Positions 5,724 to 16,195 of a stretch of 32,000 nt of DNA are shown piece by piece; within the stretch, counting starts at the first letter, position 1; each line of letters opens with the position of its first letter. The DNA is taken from contig JAQXJB010000025.1 in NCBI GenBank assembly GCA_029008095.1, positions 34,448 through 66,447 of the forward strand. Reading direction: 5' to 3'. The position numbers and the translations under genes were made by a program. The stretch comes from Clostridiales bacterium (GTDB taxonomy: Bacteria > Bacillota > Clostridia > Oscillospirales > Oscillospiraceae). The notes under the pieces are model-generated. The model was not told the origin of the DNA. It did no database searches and saw only the letters and a program-made list of their open reading frames with translations.

Positions 5724-7925
5724 TCAGGGAGTGAATGCCGCCCAATAGAAGCTGTAATCCTTCCCGTTCACGGTGAAGGTCAGTTTCGCATGGCCATCCC
5801 CCACCACGGTCACTTCCACTGTGCCGTCATCCAGCAGCCGATCCCGGATCACACTTTTGTCCGCATTGGTATAGGTGAAGTTGGTGATGGGCTTCCCGTC
5901 CAGCATAGGGATAAGCCGATAGGAGCCCTCCCAGCTGCCAAAGCTTGCACCGGGGTAGATGTCAATGCCCAGCCACTCCAGGGTGAAATTCTCCGGGTCC
6001 TCAGGCACGCACACATCTCCGTCGAACCCCTCCGTCACCCAGATAAAGGGATAGTCTTCGCCGTTATAGTGAATGATAAACGGCGTTTCCCCGTTTCCAA
6101 TCACAGTCACGGCAATGCGCCCGTCCCTGGTCTTCTGGTGATAAAGGATCCCGTCTTTTTCCACCGTATAGGTGAAGTCGGTCACTTTCTGCCCGCCTAC
6201 GAGCACATCGATATCGTACATCCATTTCCATGCGCCAAACCGCTCACCGGGTTTTACCGTAGAGCCTATAAAGCCCAGTGTCAGATCCCCCTTCGGGATC
6301 TCACCGATGGCTGAACTGCTGGCATCGGAGAACCAGCGGAACCGATAATCCACACCGTGAACGGTGACTGTGATGGTCTCATAGCCGCCGCCCACCACCT
6401 GTACCTTGATGCCGTCGTCAGCGGCGCGGCTGTGGGTCAGCACCCCGTTGCTGCTCATGGTATAGGTATAGTCGGTGATGACTTTGCCGTCCAGCATAGG
6501 GTAGAGCACATACTCTCCCTGGCCGCTTCCGCAGGTCTCGCCGGGTCTGACCGCAGCATCGCCGTATTTCAGCGTAACATTCTCATACTTAACGATGGCC
6601 TTCTCAGCGACCTTATCCGCGGCTGCCTGATCGGTGACATTGTAGCGCACCATCATGTTCAGCACGGCCTCCAGGCTGGTGTCAGCGCTGCACCACACAT
6701 CGGGATCATAACCCTTTCGGTCCACGTTTTCCATCACAAAGGGGAAGGTCAGGCTCACGCCGAAGTAGGCGTAAATGCCCGTGTTGGGCAGGGTCACGGA
6801 GATGTTGTTGCCGCAAAGCTGATAGCCGCCGGAATTGGTGCCGATGACGATGGTATTGTCCATGGTCTTCAGGAAGCTGAGCATACTCTCGCCGGAGGAG
6901 GCGCAGCCGTCATCCACCAGCACGATGATGGGGATGTCATTGGGCAGGAATGTGCCTGTCTGTTCGTAGCGCACGAACTGTCCGGCCAGGCCCTCGCCCT
7001 CGTTCCAGGCCGCGGCGCGCAGCTTGCTGTACCGGTTGCCCACCGCCACCGTGTAGCGGGCTTCCTTCCCAATGAAGCTCCGCATCCAGCTCTGGCCATA
7101 GCCGTCATTGCCGCCATGATTGCCCCGCAGGTCAAAGATGATGGCCTTTGCCGTTTGGGCCTCCTTGCCGCTGTTGATAAAGTCCTGCAGATCTATCCCG
7201 TACTCTCCCATGAAGCTGCGCACGGAAATGTACTGGATCCCCTTCGCCTGGAAGCTCTTCACATCCGGGCGGGTCTGGAAGCCGGAATAGGCCTGGCTCT
7301 CCGTCCAGCTCACGGTCTCGCTCCTGGTCTTGCCTGCTTCGTTTTGATAGGCTATGATGCAGCTCTTCACTTCCGTTCTGGGCACCAGAAGCACCGGCGC
7401 ATACACAAGCTCGCCGTCATCCATCAGGGTCAGTTCCACTGTTACCCGGGCATCGGAGATGGTTTTCAGATACCATCTTTCGCCGTTGTCCAGCTTATAA
7501 TAGCCATCTTCGCCTTTGTAGAGGCGCAGATCCTTTACATAAAAATACTCGTAGCGGGTAGAAGATTCATCCGGAGCGGCCCCGAAAATGGCGTGGGCAT
7601 CCCGGGCAAAGCTCAGCTCATCCGCGATCTTCCGCTCCAGGTCGGATACGTTCACGGTACTGAACTGCGCGACCCACTCCTTCACATTCTTTTCCGCAGT
7701 TTCAAACTTGTCCTGGCCGAAATAGTAGTAGGCGCAGTAGGCGGAGTGCAGCATCCGGAAGAACAGATCCACATCGCTCTGCGCCTGTGCACAGCTCACA
7801 GTGGTCTGATGCGCCGACGACTCCAGCAGGGAGCGGATCTCGCCGTCCGTCAGCAAGTCCGCCGTGGCGCTGTCATTTACCGTGTATTTGCTCAGCGTGG
7901 ATGTATCGATGGGCGCGGTCACCAC
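5724..7925 (-). CDS. S41 family (C-terminal processing/tail-specific-like) peptidase with three C-terminal ~95-aa repeats; probably the 3' part of a disrupted gene
   Basis: 733-aa ORF. S41-like motifs IIFDLRGNHGGN and LVDDGCASSGES are present. Three tandem repeats cover aa ~449-730. The frame is open only back to 7967, and an SLH fragment lies upstream in another frame. Confidence 0.8.
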   Translation of the reverse strand: MVTAPIDTSTLSKYTVNDSATADLLTDGEIRSLLESSAHQTTVSCAQAQSDVDLFFRMLHSAYCAYYYFGQDKFETAEKNVKEWVAQFSTVNVSDLERKIADELSFARDAHAIFGAAPDESSTRYEYFYVKDLRLYKGEDGYYKLDNGERWYLKTISDARVTVELTLMDDGELVYAPVLLVPRTEVKSCIIAYQNEAGKTRSETVSWTESQAYSGFQTRPDVKSFQAKGIQYISVRSFMGEYGIDLQDFINSGKEAQTAKAIIFDLRGNHGGNDGYGQSWMRSFIGKEARYTVAVGNRYSKLRAAAWNEGEGLAGQFVRYEQTGTFLPNDIPIIVLVDDGCASSGESMLSFLKTMDNTIVIGTNSGGYQLCGNNISVTLPNTGIYAYFGVSLTFPFVMENVDRKGYDPDVWCSADTSLEAVLNMMVRYNVTDQAAADKVAEKAIVKYENVTLKYGDAAVRPGETCGSGQGEYVLYPMLDGKVITDYTYTMSSNGVLTHSRAADDGIKVQVVGGGYETITVTVHGVDYRFRWFSDASSSAIGEIPKGDLTLGFIGSTVKPGERFGAWKWMYDIDVLVGGQKVTDFTYTVEKDGILYHQKTRDGRIAVTVIGNGETPFIIHYNGEDYPFIWVTEGFDGDVCVPEDPENFTLEWLGIDIYPGASFGSWEGSYRLIPMLDGKPITNFTYTNADKSVIRDRLLDDGTVEVTVVGDGHAKLTFTVNGKDYSFYWAAFTP

Positions 7926-8503
7926 CGCCTCATGCTCCGCGGAGTATTGTAGGAGATGATCGCCAGATCACCGCGAAGGAATTCCCCTTCGCCGGTGTAC
8001 TCGCCCTCAGTCAGACCGATCTTGTCAGACAGCTCCCACGCTGTATCCCATTTGAAATCCCTGTCGCTCTCATACCCCAGTGCGCGCAGAACAAAGGTGA
8101 GATACTGGGAGACCGTGACCAGTTCCTGAGAACCAAACAGCGTATTGCTGATGCCCTCGGTCAGGCCGTTGGCATAGGCGTATCCCACATAGGGCTTGGC
8201 CCAGTTGGGCACATCCGTAAAGGGCGTTGTCCAGGCACCCTTTTGTGCCGCTTCCTCCTTGCCCAGCAGACGCACCAGCATGGTAATGGCCTCCGCACGG
8301 GTGGGTTCACTGCCCAGATTAAACTCAGGCGACCCGTCGTTATGAGTTCCCGTCCCAAGGAACAGGCCCAGATCATAGAGGGCTTCCGCACAGGCCGCCC
8401 CCCTGTCTTCCTAAGCCGTTTGCTCTGCGGCAGACGCCGTCACAGGCAGGACGGAGCATAGCATACAGACGGCAAGAAGCAGAGTTAAGACTCTTTTCAT
8501 CAT
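7919..8503 (-). pseudogene. Signal peptide plus three SLH modules, N-terminal part of the S41 peptidase gene, interrupted by an in-frame TAG and a frameshift
   Basis: ATGATG at 8503 follows the RBS AAAGGATG. The signal peptide is MMKRVLTLLLAVCMLCSVLPVTASA. An in-frame TAG lies at 8411-8413. SLH-like modules follow (PTRAEAITMLVRLLG; FTDVPNWAKPYVGYAYANGL; FLRGDLAIISYN). The frame ends at 7919 and overlaps the S41 frame. Confidence 0.7.
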
Positions 8504-8790
8504 GGCATCATCCTTTATATTCGTTGTTTATCTGCGCGGCACTACACTCTGCCGAGTCATCTCCTGGCGCAGACTGCAGTATTGTCTGTTGCGCTCATCC
8601 CTGAAAAAGGTGAGTGTAAAAAGGGTATAGCAACTTTAATAACATTCTATACGGGCCACCCCATATGCGTACTACGCAAGGAAAAATGACCGGTACTTTC
8701 AAATGTCCGAAACGATTTACGCCACTGCGTTCCGAACAAGGAATTATCTTCTTTGCGCCGCTTTGCGGCTATACACATAATAGAAAATAC

Positions 8791-8822
8791 AAGAGGCGTG
8801 ACTTTTTAAGGCCACGCCTCTT
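8791..8822 (-). terminator. Intrinsic terminator downstream of the MBL-SDR operon
   Basis: AAGAGGCGTG (8791-8800) pairs with CACGCCTCTT (8813-8822). On the minus strand the stem is followed by GTATTTTCTATT. Confidence 0.6.
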
Positions 8823-8887
8823 CAATTGGACCATCTTATGAACACCCTGCAAACGGTGCGGGCCGTGTTGTCATTATCAGGGGAATA

Positions 8888-9682
8888 TCAGCAGCGGAGC
8901 ATGTAGCCGCCGTCAATGACCTGAATGGTGCCGGTGATCTGAGCGGCAGCGGGGGAAGCCAGGAATACAGCCAGAGCGCCGACCTCGATGGGCTCGCCGA
9001 AGCGGCCTGCGACGGTCTGGGTGTTGATGCGGGCCATGTTCTCGGGAGGAATGTGAACGCTCAGCTCGCTGTTGGTGAAGCCGGGAGCGATACCGTTTAC
9101 GCGGATATCGTACTCAGCCAGCTCGCAGGCCATGCAGCGGGTGAAGTGGTTCATGGCAGCCTTGGCGGAGGAATAGGGGCTCATGGGCTGGCCATGGTTT
9201 ACCATGAAGCCGGCGTTGGAGGTGATGTTGATGATGTTGCCGCCCTTGCCTGCGTCGCGCATTCTCTTGGCGACCTCATAGGTCATATGTACGCAGCCGT
9301 TGAGGTCGGTGTTGATGACCTTGTACCAGTCGGTGAGGTTCTCGTCCATGTCCAGGAGGGACTTGGTGCAGGAAACGCCGGCGTTGTTTACAAGGATGTC
9401 AATGTTGCCGAAATCGGCGTAAGCGGCGGCAACAGCGGCGCGGACGCTCTCCATGCTGAGAACATCGCAGGAATAGCTCTTGCAGGTGGTGCCGTAGGGC
9501 TTGAGGGTCTCGAGAGCCTCGGCGGCCTTGGCGGAGTCGCGGCAGAAGATGGCGATGTTAGCGCCGACCTGAGCCATAGCCTGAGCGATACCGAGACCGA
9601 GGCCGCGGTTACCGCCGGTGATGATAACGTTCTTGCCCTTCAGGCAAAAAGCGCCTTCCATTGAAGTAATGGGCTGTATCAT
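8888..9682 (-). CDS. SDR family NAD(P)-dependent oxidoreductase
   Basis: 264 aa. Rossmann motif ITGGNRGLGLGIA, NNAG, and catalytic S...YSSAKAA. RBS GAAAGGAAG. Confidence 0.9.
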   Translation of the reverse strand: MIQPITSMEGAFCLKGKNVIITGGNRGLGLGIAQAMAQVGANIAIFCRDSAKAAEALETLKPYGTTCKSYSCDVLSMESVRAAVAAAYADFGNIDILVNNAGVSCTKSLLDMDENLTDWYKVINTDLNGCVHMTYEVAKRMRDAGKGGNIINITSNAGFMVNHGQPMSPYSSAKAAMNHFTRCMACELAEYDIRVNGIAPGFTNSELSVHIPPENMARINTQTVAGRFGEPIEVGALAVFLASPAAAQITGTIQVIDGGYMLRC

Positions 9683-9725
9683 AATGAAATCTTCCTTTCT
9701 TAAGCTTTATAAAGCGGGGAGAAAA

Positions 9726-10634
9726 TTACTCCTCGTCAGCCCACCAGCGGGGCAGGGGGATACCGTCATCGTCATTCATGTCGCTCCAGCTCCACTCACG
9801 GCCGCCCAGGAACACGCTGGAGTTCATGTCGTTGGAGAGGAAAATAAGAGTAGCCTCGGGGAACTTCATGCACATATCGTAGAAGAACTCCTTGACGTCC
9901 TTGGTCTTTTCCAGCTCGCGCTCGGTCTCGCGGAGGTAGTCCATGGTGAACTTGAAGGCGCGCTCGTCGAGCACCTCGCCCTGTCTTACATGGCCGGGAA
10001 CGACCAGCTGTGCGCCGAACTGGGAGAACTTCTCCAGATCCTTATACCACTTGTAGCGGCCCTTTGCAGAGACCTCGCAGGTGAAGGGGTGAGCGTTGGA
10101 GAAGAGAACGTCAGAGCCGATGAAGGTCTTGATGGAGGGGACCCAGACAACGGTGTTGTACTTCAGGTCGCCCCAGACATGGGGATAAACGATGATCTCC
10201 TCGCCCTCGAGATCGATGATGTTGCTCTCGGGCAGGGGCTCAATGGTGGGCTTCAGGCGGCAGAGGTTGACCTTGCCGATGATGCTTTCCCAATGCTCGG
10301 TCTTGGAGTTGAACTGCTCGTCGATAACGGGGATGTCCTCCGCCATAGCGTAGAGCTTGGCGTTGGGGAAGGCTTCGCCGATGTGGCCGATGCCCCAATA
10401 GTGGTCGGGGTGAGCGTGAGTGGCGAAAACGGCCTTGAGGTTCAGGTTGGTTTCTGCGATCTCGGCGATCACGCGGTAAGCGTTGGAGCGGGTCCACTGG
10501 CAGTCCACCAGAACGCAGTCCTTCTCGCCCATAATAAGGGTGCTGGTTACGCAGAAGCCAAGCTCGTCGGAAATCATTACCTTGACGCTGAGCTTGCTGC
10601 CGGGGAAAGTATAATTGCGAACTTCCATGCTCAT
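9726..10634 (-). CDS. MBL-fold metallo-hydrolase
   Basis: 302 aa. Contains the HxHxDH motif (THAHPDHYWG) and downstream His/Asp ligand candidates (YPHVWGD, GSDVLF, VPGH). RBS AAGAGG. Confidence 0.85.
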   Translation of the reverse strand: MSMEVRNYTFPGSKLSVKVMISDELGFCVTSTLIMGEKDCVLVDCQWTRSNAYRVIAEIAETNLNLKAVFATHAHPDHYWGIGHIGEAFPNAKLYAMAEDIPVIDEQFNSKTEHWESIIGKVNLCRLKPTIEPLPESNIIDLEGEEIIVYPHVWGDLKYNTVVWVPSIKTFIGSDVLFSNAHPFTCEVSAKGRYKWYKDLEKFSQFGAQLVVPGHVRQGEVLDERAFKFTMDYLRETERELEKTKDVKEFFYDMCMKFPEATLIFLSNDMNSSVFLGGREWSWSDMNDDDGIPLPRWWADEE

Positions 10635-10701
10635 TGTACTATACCTCTTTCATATTTTGATTGTAAATTATTGCCTGCAACTATTCATAGTAATTAATTA
10701 T

Positions 10702-10730
10702 AGTATAGCATAGACTTAACGAATTGGCAA
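10702..10730 (-). promoter_or_regulatory. Putative sigma-A promoter of the MBL-SDR operon
   Basis: On the minus strand: TTGCCA (10730-10725), a 17-nt spacer, then TATACT (10707-10702). The surrounding intergenic region is AT-rich. Confidence 0.5.
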
Positions 10731-10767
10731 TAAAAAAGCGCAGGAGATCAGCGGCGGGGATTTAAAA

Positions 10768-11562
10768 TCAGACCAGCTTGGTGGAAAAGCCGCCGTCCAC
10801 CTTGATATCTGCGCCGTTGACGTAATCGGAGGCGCGGGAGGCCAGAAAAACGATAGTGCCCATCAGGTCGGCCAGGGTGCCCCAGCGTCCGGCGGTGATG
10901 CGGCGGGTGATGCGGGCGGTGAAATCATCGTCGGAGGTGACTCCGGCGGTGCAGCCGGTCTCAATGAATCCGGGGCAGACCACGTTGGTCTGAATGTTGT
11001 ACTTGCCCAGCTCGTTGGCGAAGGAACGGGTCAGACCGATGATGCCGTGCTTGGCGGCTATGTAGGAGGGGCAGCGCTCATCGGCGGTGTAGGAAAGGGC
11101 GGAGCCGATGTTGATTATCTTGCCGTGACCCTGCTTTATCATGATCTTCGCCACCTCATGGCCCAGGAAATAAACGGAGTTGAGATTGGTGTTGATAACG
11201 CGCATATAGCCCTCGTCAGGGAAGCTCTCGAAGTCCTCAAAGCAGTTGGTGCCCGCGTTGGTGACGAGGATGTCTATCTTGCCGTAGGCGGCCATGCAGC
11301 CCTCAACTATGGCGTGGATATGCGCCATGTCGGTCAGGTCGCCCTGGATGAATTCCGCCCGGCGTCCCTCGGCCTCAATGAGCGCCTTTACCTCGCTGAT
11401 GTCTCCGCTGCGGTAGGGCAGATAAATATCCGCGCCCGCCTTGGCCAGTGCTGCGGCGTAGCCCATGCCCAGACCCTTGTTGGCGCCGGTGACTATTGCC
11501 ACCTTGCCGTCCAGGCGGAAGTAATCAAGAGAAAAATCCTTAATGAGTTCGATATCAGACAT
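10768..11562 (-). CDS. SDR family oxidoreductase, KduD/gluconate-5-dehydrogenase-like
   Basis: ORF 10768-11604. The ATG at 11562 is 7 nt after GGGAGG. Motifs: VTGANKGLGMGYAAALAKAGADI, TNAG, YIAAKHG. Confidence 0.85.
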   Translation of the reverse strand: MSDIELIKDFSLDYFRLDGKVAIVTGANKGLGMGYAAALAKAGADIYLPYRSGDISEVKALIEAEGRRAEFIQGDLTDMAHIHAIVEGCMAAYGKIDILVTNAGTNCFEDFESFPDEGYMRVINTNLNSVYFLGHEVAKIMIKQGHGKIINIGSALSYTADERCPSYIAAKHGIIGLTRSFANELGKYNIQTNVVCPGFIETGCTAGVTSDDDFTARITRRITAGRWGTLADLMGTIVFLASRASDYVNGADIKVDGGFSTKLV

Positions 11563-11646
11563 TGGTATACCTCCCGAGATTTGTTTATGGGGATATTGTA
11601 TCATAAGGGAGGCCGTTTGGCAACGGGGGCGGATAAATGAAAAACA

Positions 11647-11750
11647 ATGTCATCCTGAACGCAGTGAAGAATCTCCGCAGGCGGTCGACATCGGCTGTCA
11701 AATCAATGCGGAGATTCTTCGCATCCGCCTGGGGCGGGCTCAGAATGACA
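11647..11750 (-). repeat. ~100-bp TIR hairpin element, copy 4 (orientation B)
   Basis: ATGTCATCCTGAACGCAGTGAAGAATCTCCGCAG...TGCGGAGATTCTTCGCATCCGCCTGGGGCGGGCTCAGAATGACA. This is the reverse complement of the orientation-A pattern. Confidence 0.9.
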
Positions 11751-11800
11751 AATCTTTAGGTTTTGCGTTTTAATTGTTATCTGGTACAAGGCTAAAAGTT

Positions 11801-11907
11801 ATGTCATCCTGAACGCAGTGAAGAATCTCCGCAGGTGGTTGACATCGGCAGACCAATCAATGCGGAGATTCTTCGCAACACGCTTTCAGCGCAGCTCAGA
11901 ATGACAT
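11801..11907 (-). repeat. ~100-bp TIR hairpin element, copy 5 (orientation B)
   Basis: Same arms as copy 4. The side hairpin here is CGCT-TTC-AGCG. TA flanks both ends. Confidence 0.9.
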
Positions 11908-11938
11908 ATTTTAGGTTATGCGTATCGCGCCCTTCCAA

Positions 11939-14185
11939 TCATTCCGCGACGACTATGCGGATCTTGCCGCCCTGGTCGGGGCTGCGGTCATAGTAAACGG
12001 TGAGGGTGGAGGAAAAGCGGCGGGCGTCGTCGAGGCTCTCGAACCACTCGCGGGCTGCGCCGTTGTAGCACTGTACGTTATCCGCAACGGGGTAGGTCAC
12101 GCCGTCCACGGTGAGGGTGGTCACGCCGTTCACGGTTCGGAAGGCCGAGCGGCTGACGTCCTTGATGCGGGTGAGGTTCACGGCGGAGATCACGCGCCGT
12201 CCGTCAAGGGAGGCGACAACACCGGCGTAGGAATTATTATTCAGCACGTTCACGGGGTAGCTGTCATAGGTTGCTGCGCCGTCCTTGCCGGTGATAGTGA
12301 GCACGGAGCAGGTATACGAGCCGGTGAATTCATTCCACCTGTTCTCGGTACCGGTAGTGGCCGCACCGTAGGTGTAGCAGTCACCGGTCACGTCGTTGAG
12401 CACCAGCATATCTATGCGGCCCGCGTAGTCCTTGCGGGCATAGAGCACCTTGTCGTAGGATATCTCTTTAGGCAGGGAGGAGAGGGACACGCTGACGGGC
12501 ATGGAGCTTCCCACGCGGTCAAAGACCTTAACGGCGGGGCTGATGGCACATGAGCCATAGGTCATGGCCTCGGTGTCTATCTTTTCGGCCTTGATAGTGT
12601 CCCCAAGGGGGCGGACGGATATTTTTCCGCCGTTAGAGCCGGAGACTACCACCAGCTCGCCCACCAGCGATACGCCGGTGCTGACCGCCTCGCCGCTGAT
12701 GGTCATACCGCCGCGTCCGGCGGACAGCAGCTCAACTGTGATATTGCCGCTGTTCCAGCTTTTTACGATGCCAACGGCGTTGCCGGCAGCGTCAGCGGTG
12801 GCAACAGCGCCGGCCACGCGCATATCGGAGGTGAACAGCAGAGTCATCATGTCGCCCAGCTTAAATTTGGCGAGACTTTCCTGAGCGGAGGGAAGAACCT
12901 CAAAAACCTGACCCAGAAGCTTGATCTTCTCGGGGGAGGCGGTGCCGGGATAGGCGTTTTCATAGCAGCCGGTGAGCTTCACGTCGTTCACGCGGAGCAG
13001 CTTTGCGGCCTTGTCGTACTCTGCCACGTCATAGCGGCGCAGGTCGGAAACGGACGCCTCCGCGCCGTTTTTGTAAATCGTATAGCCCGTGGCGGCCTCA
13101 AGCAGAGAGGTGAAGGGATTCCCCTTCACCTCGTCCATAGCAACGGCCACGTTGTCGTTTGCGGCAGAGGTGGCGTAAAACAGCGCCTCAACGCTGCCCT
13201 TTGCGTCAAAATACACGGTGATATTGCTGCCCACCGGCATATCCAGCCATATGTCGCTCCAGGTCTTTATCTCAGAATCGGTATAGACCACGGTGGCGGG
13301 AGGCACGGAATAGCGCACTCCGTTGGAGTCCTTGAACCAGCTTGCCTCAATGACAGAGGCGGAAACGGTCGTTCGGCTGCCGCCGGTGGGGATGAATACG
13401 ATCAGCTTGCCGCCGTTTACCACCACGGTGCCGCGCTCGCCCACGTAGGAATCGGAGATGTCCACATCGGTCTTATAGGTTCCGGCGGAGGTGAATACGC
13501 CTCCGCTGCTGCCGTCGGCGGCCACGGCGTCGTTATTGAGCAGGATAACGTTCTCGGTGACTGTGCCGAAGCGGGAGAGGAACATGCCGCCGTCTCTGGT
13601 GTCGCACTGGAGCATGGCGCAGAAAAGCTCGGCGGCCTGACCGCGTGTGATGGCGGCATAGGGGTCGATGCTCAGACCCTTGGTGAGGCCGATGCTCTCA
13701 GCGAGGGTCATATAGCCGTCAGGCCACTGCATACTGGTGTCGCTGTCGCTGTAGCCCAGCAGGCGGGAGAGAATGGTGACGGCCTGGGCGAAGGTGATGT
13801 TCTGGTCGGGGGCGAAGAGGCCGTTGCCCATGCCGGAGATGATGGCGTTCTCGCCGGAGGCGGCCAGATTAATGTAGCCCCTCGCCCAGTGGGTGGAGGT
13901 GACGTCGGAGAAGATGGTGCGGCTGCGGTAACTGGGCTCAAGACCCTCCGCGCCCTTCATAATGATCGCCATCTTGCAGAATTGGGCGCGGGTGAGATGA
14001 TCGCCGGGAGCAAATCTGCCGTCCGCAACGCCGTCTACCACGCCCAGAAGGCGCAGAGTTTCCGCGGCCCGGGCAACGTCATGATCGGAGATATCCGTGA
14101 AATATCCGTCAGCCGCCAGCGCCGCCGGCATGGCGGATATAAGGAGCGCCAGCGCCAATATGAGTGCCATTATCTTTCGTTTCAT
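11939..14185 (-). CDS. S-layer homology (SLH) domain-containing cell-surface protein
   Basis: ORF 11939-14272. I prefer the ATG at 14185, after the RBS AAGGGAGGAAAG. Signal peptide MKRKIMALILALALLISAMPAALA. Three N-terminal SLH modules (FTDISDHDVARAAETLRLLGVV, FSDVTSTHWARGYINLAA, WPDGYMTLAESIGL). The remaining ~550 aa are beta-rich with no motif I recognise. Confidence 0.85.
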   Translation of the reverse strand: MKRKIMALILALALLISAMPAALAADGYFTDISDHDVARAAETLRLLGVVDGVADGRFAPGDHLTRAQFCKMAIIMKGAEGLEPSYRSRTIFSDVTSTHWARGYINLAASGENAIISGMGNGLFAPDQNITFAQAVTILSRLLGYSDSDTSMQWPDGYMTLAESIGLTKGLSIDPYAAITRGQAAELFCAMLQCDTRDGGMFLSRFGTVTENVILLNNDAVAADGSSGGVFTSAGTYKTDVDISDSYVGERGTVVVNGGKLIVFIPTGGSRTTVSASVIEASWFKDSNGVRYSVPPATVVYTDSEIKTWSDIWLDMPVGSNITVYFDAKGSVEALFYATSAANDNVAVAMDEVKGNPFTSLLEAATGYTIYKNGAEASVSDLRRYDVAEYDKAAKLLRVNDVKLTGCYENAYPGTASPEKIKLLGQVFEVLPSAQESLAKFKLGDMMTLLFTSDMRVAGAVATADAAGNAVGIVKSWNSGNITVELLSAGRGGMTISGEAVSTGVSLVGELVVVSGSNGGKISVRPLGDTIKAEKIDTEAMTYGSCAISPAVKVFDRVGSSMPVSVSLSSLPKEISYDKVLYARKDYAGRIDMLVLNDVTGDCYTYGAATTGTENRWNEFTGSYTCSVLTITGKDGAATYDSYPVNVLNNNSYAGVVASLDGRRVISAVNLTRIKDVSRSAFRTVNGVTTLTVDGVTYPVADNVQCYNGAAREWFESLDDARRFSSTLTVYYDRSPDQGGKIRIVVAE

Positions 14186-14293
14186 TTTCTTTCCTCCCTT
14201 AATGCCGCAGCGCGGCAATTCATGGCCGAGAGCCAATTCACACAGCCCCGGAAAAGGCGGCGGCAGGCTCAAACGTTTTTATAAAGAATACTG

Positions 14294-15489
14294 TCAGTCC
14301 GCTCTGAGCGCCTCTACAGGCTGGAGGGCGGAGGCTTTTATGGCGGGGTACAGGCCGAAGATGATGCCCAGCACCACGGAAAAGGCCACGGCGCCGATGG
14401 TCATGCCCACGCCGGGCGTGAGCACCGTATCCAGAAGCAGCTTGCCCGCCACAAGGGTTCCCAAAACGCTCACCGCCAATCCCAAAACGCCGCCAACGGC
14501 GCAGATAACGGCAGCCTCAATCAGAAACTGCAGGATGATGGAGGCTCGGGAAGCGCCGATGGCCATGCGTATGCCTATCTCGCGGGTACGCTCGGTTACG
14601 GTGACGAGCATGATGTTCATGATGCCTATGCCGCCGACCAGCAGGGAGATACCGGCGATGCCGCCGACCACAAGACTGAGCATATTGGTCATGCTCTTGT
14701 CCTGCTCCATCGACTCATTCTGGGAGTAGACGGAATAGTAGCCGCGGTCGCTGTCGATAATCCCGGAAAGGAAGGTGTCCAGCATGGTGATGGCCTTGGT
14801 GGTGGCCTCCTTGCTTACGGCCTTGACGGTGAAGCTCTCGAAGATGGTGTTCTTATTGAGCAGGCGGCTCAGACTATATGGCACCACGGCCATATTATCC
14901 ATTGACCAGGCGGAATCCGGGTCCTTGGCGGCGTAAACACCGATGACCTCGAATTTGTAGCCGTCTATATTCACGGTCTCGCCGATGGGGTTGCGGTAGG
15001 GGAAGAGGAACTCCGCCACACGGGCACCCAGAACGATGACCTGATTATAGTTCTTGATGTCCAGATAGGAGATGTCCCTGCCCTTTTCGATGGTAAAACT
15101 ATTGCAGACGGAGTATTGGTCGCTGCCCAGATAGATCTGGGGAGAGCCGTATTCCATATTGGAGGTGCTGTTGGTGCCGTACTTTATTCCGTTCTGCGCC
15201 CAATAGTTGCCCTGAGGCGTAACGCCCACGACCAGATCGGAAAGGCTGAGGCAGTAATCATATAGATCCTGGCTCACATCCTTGCCGCCCCACTGGTAGG
15301 CATAGACGTCTATCTTGTTCGTACCCATGCTCTCATAGTATTCCATCGTCTTTCGGTTCATTCCCTGAACGATGGAGACCATGATGACAACGGCGGCAAC
15401 GCCGATGATGATGCCCAGCATGGTCAGAACGGAGCGGGCCTTTTTGCCCCAGATGGACTTTACGGCCATTTTAAAGCTTTGACTTAAAT

Positions 15490-15493
<4 letters not shown>
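14294..15493 (-). CDS. ABC transporter permease, MacB/FtsX family
   Basis: The N-terminus VNLSQSFKMAVKSIWGKKARSVLTMLGIIIGVAAVV is typical of MacB-type permeases. A large extracytoplasmic domain is followed by a C-terminal FtsX-type TM bundle. I prefer the GTG at 15493, which overlaps the ATPase stop (GTGA) and follows GAGAGGAGG. Confidence 0.85.
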
Positions 15494-16191
<698 letters not shown>

Positions 16192-16195
16192 AGGC

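Noticed and set aside
8411-8413. The in-frame TAG as programmed read-through or stop-codon reassignment (for example pyrrolysine).
   Set aside because: TAG terminates ylxQ normally at 2683-2685. No pyl genes or recoding signals are visible. The same gene also carries a frameshift, so a pseudogene or sequencing error is the simpler explanation.
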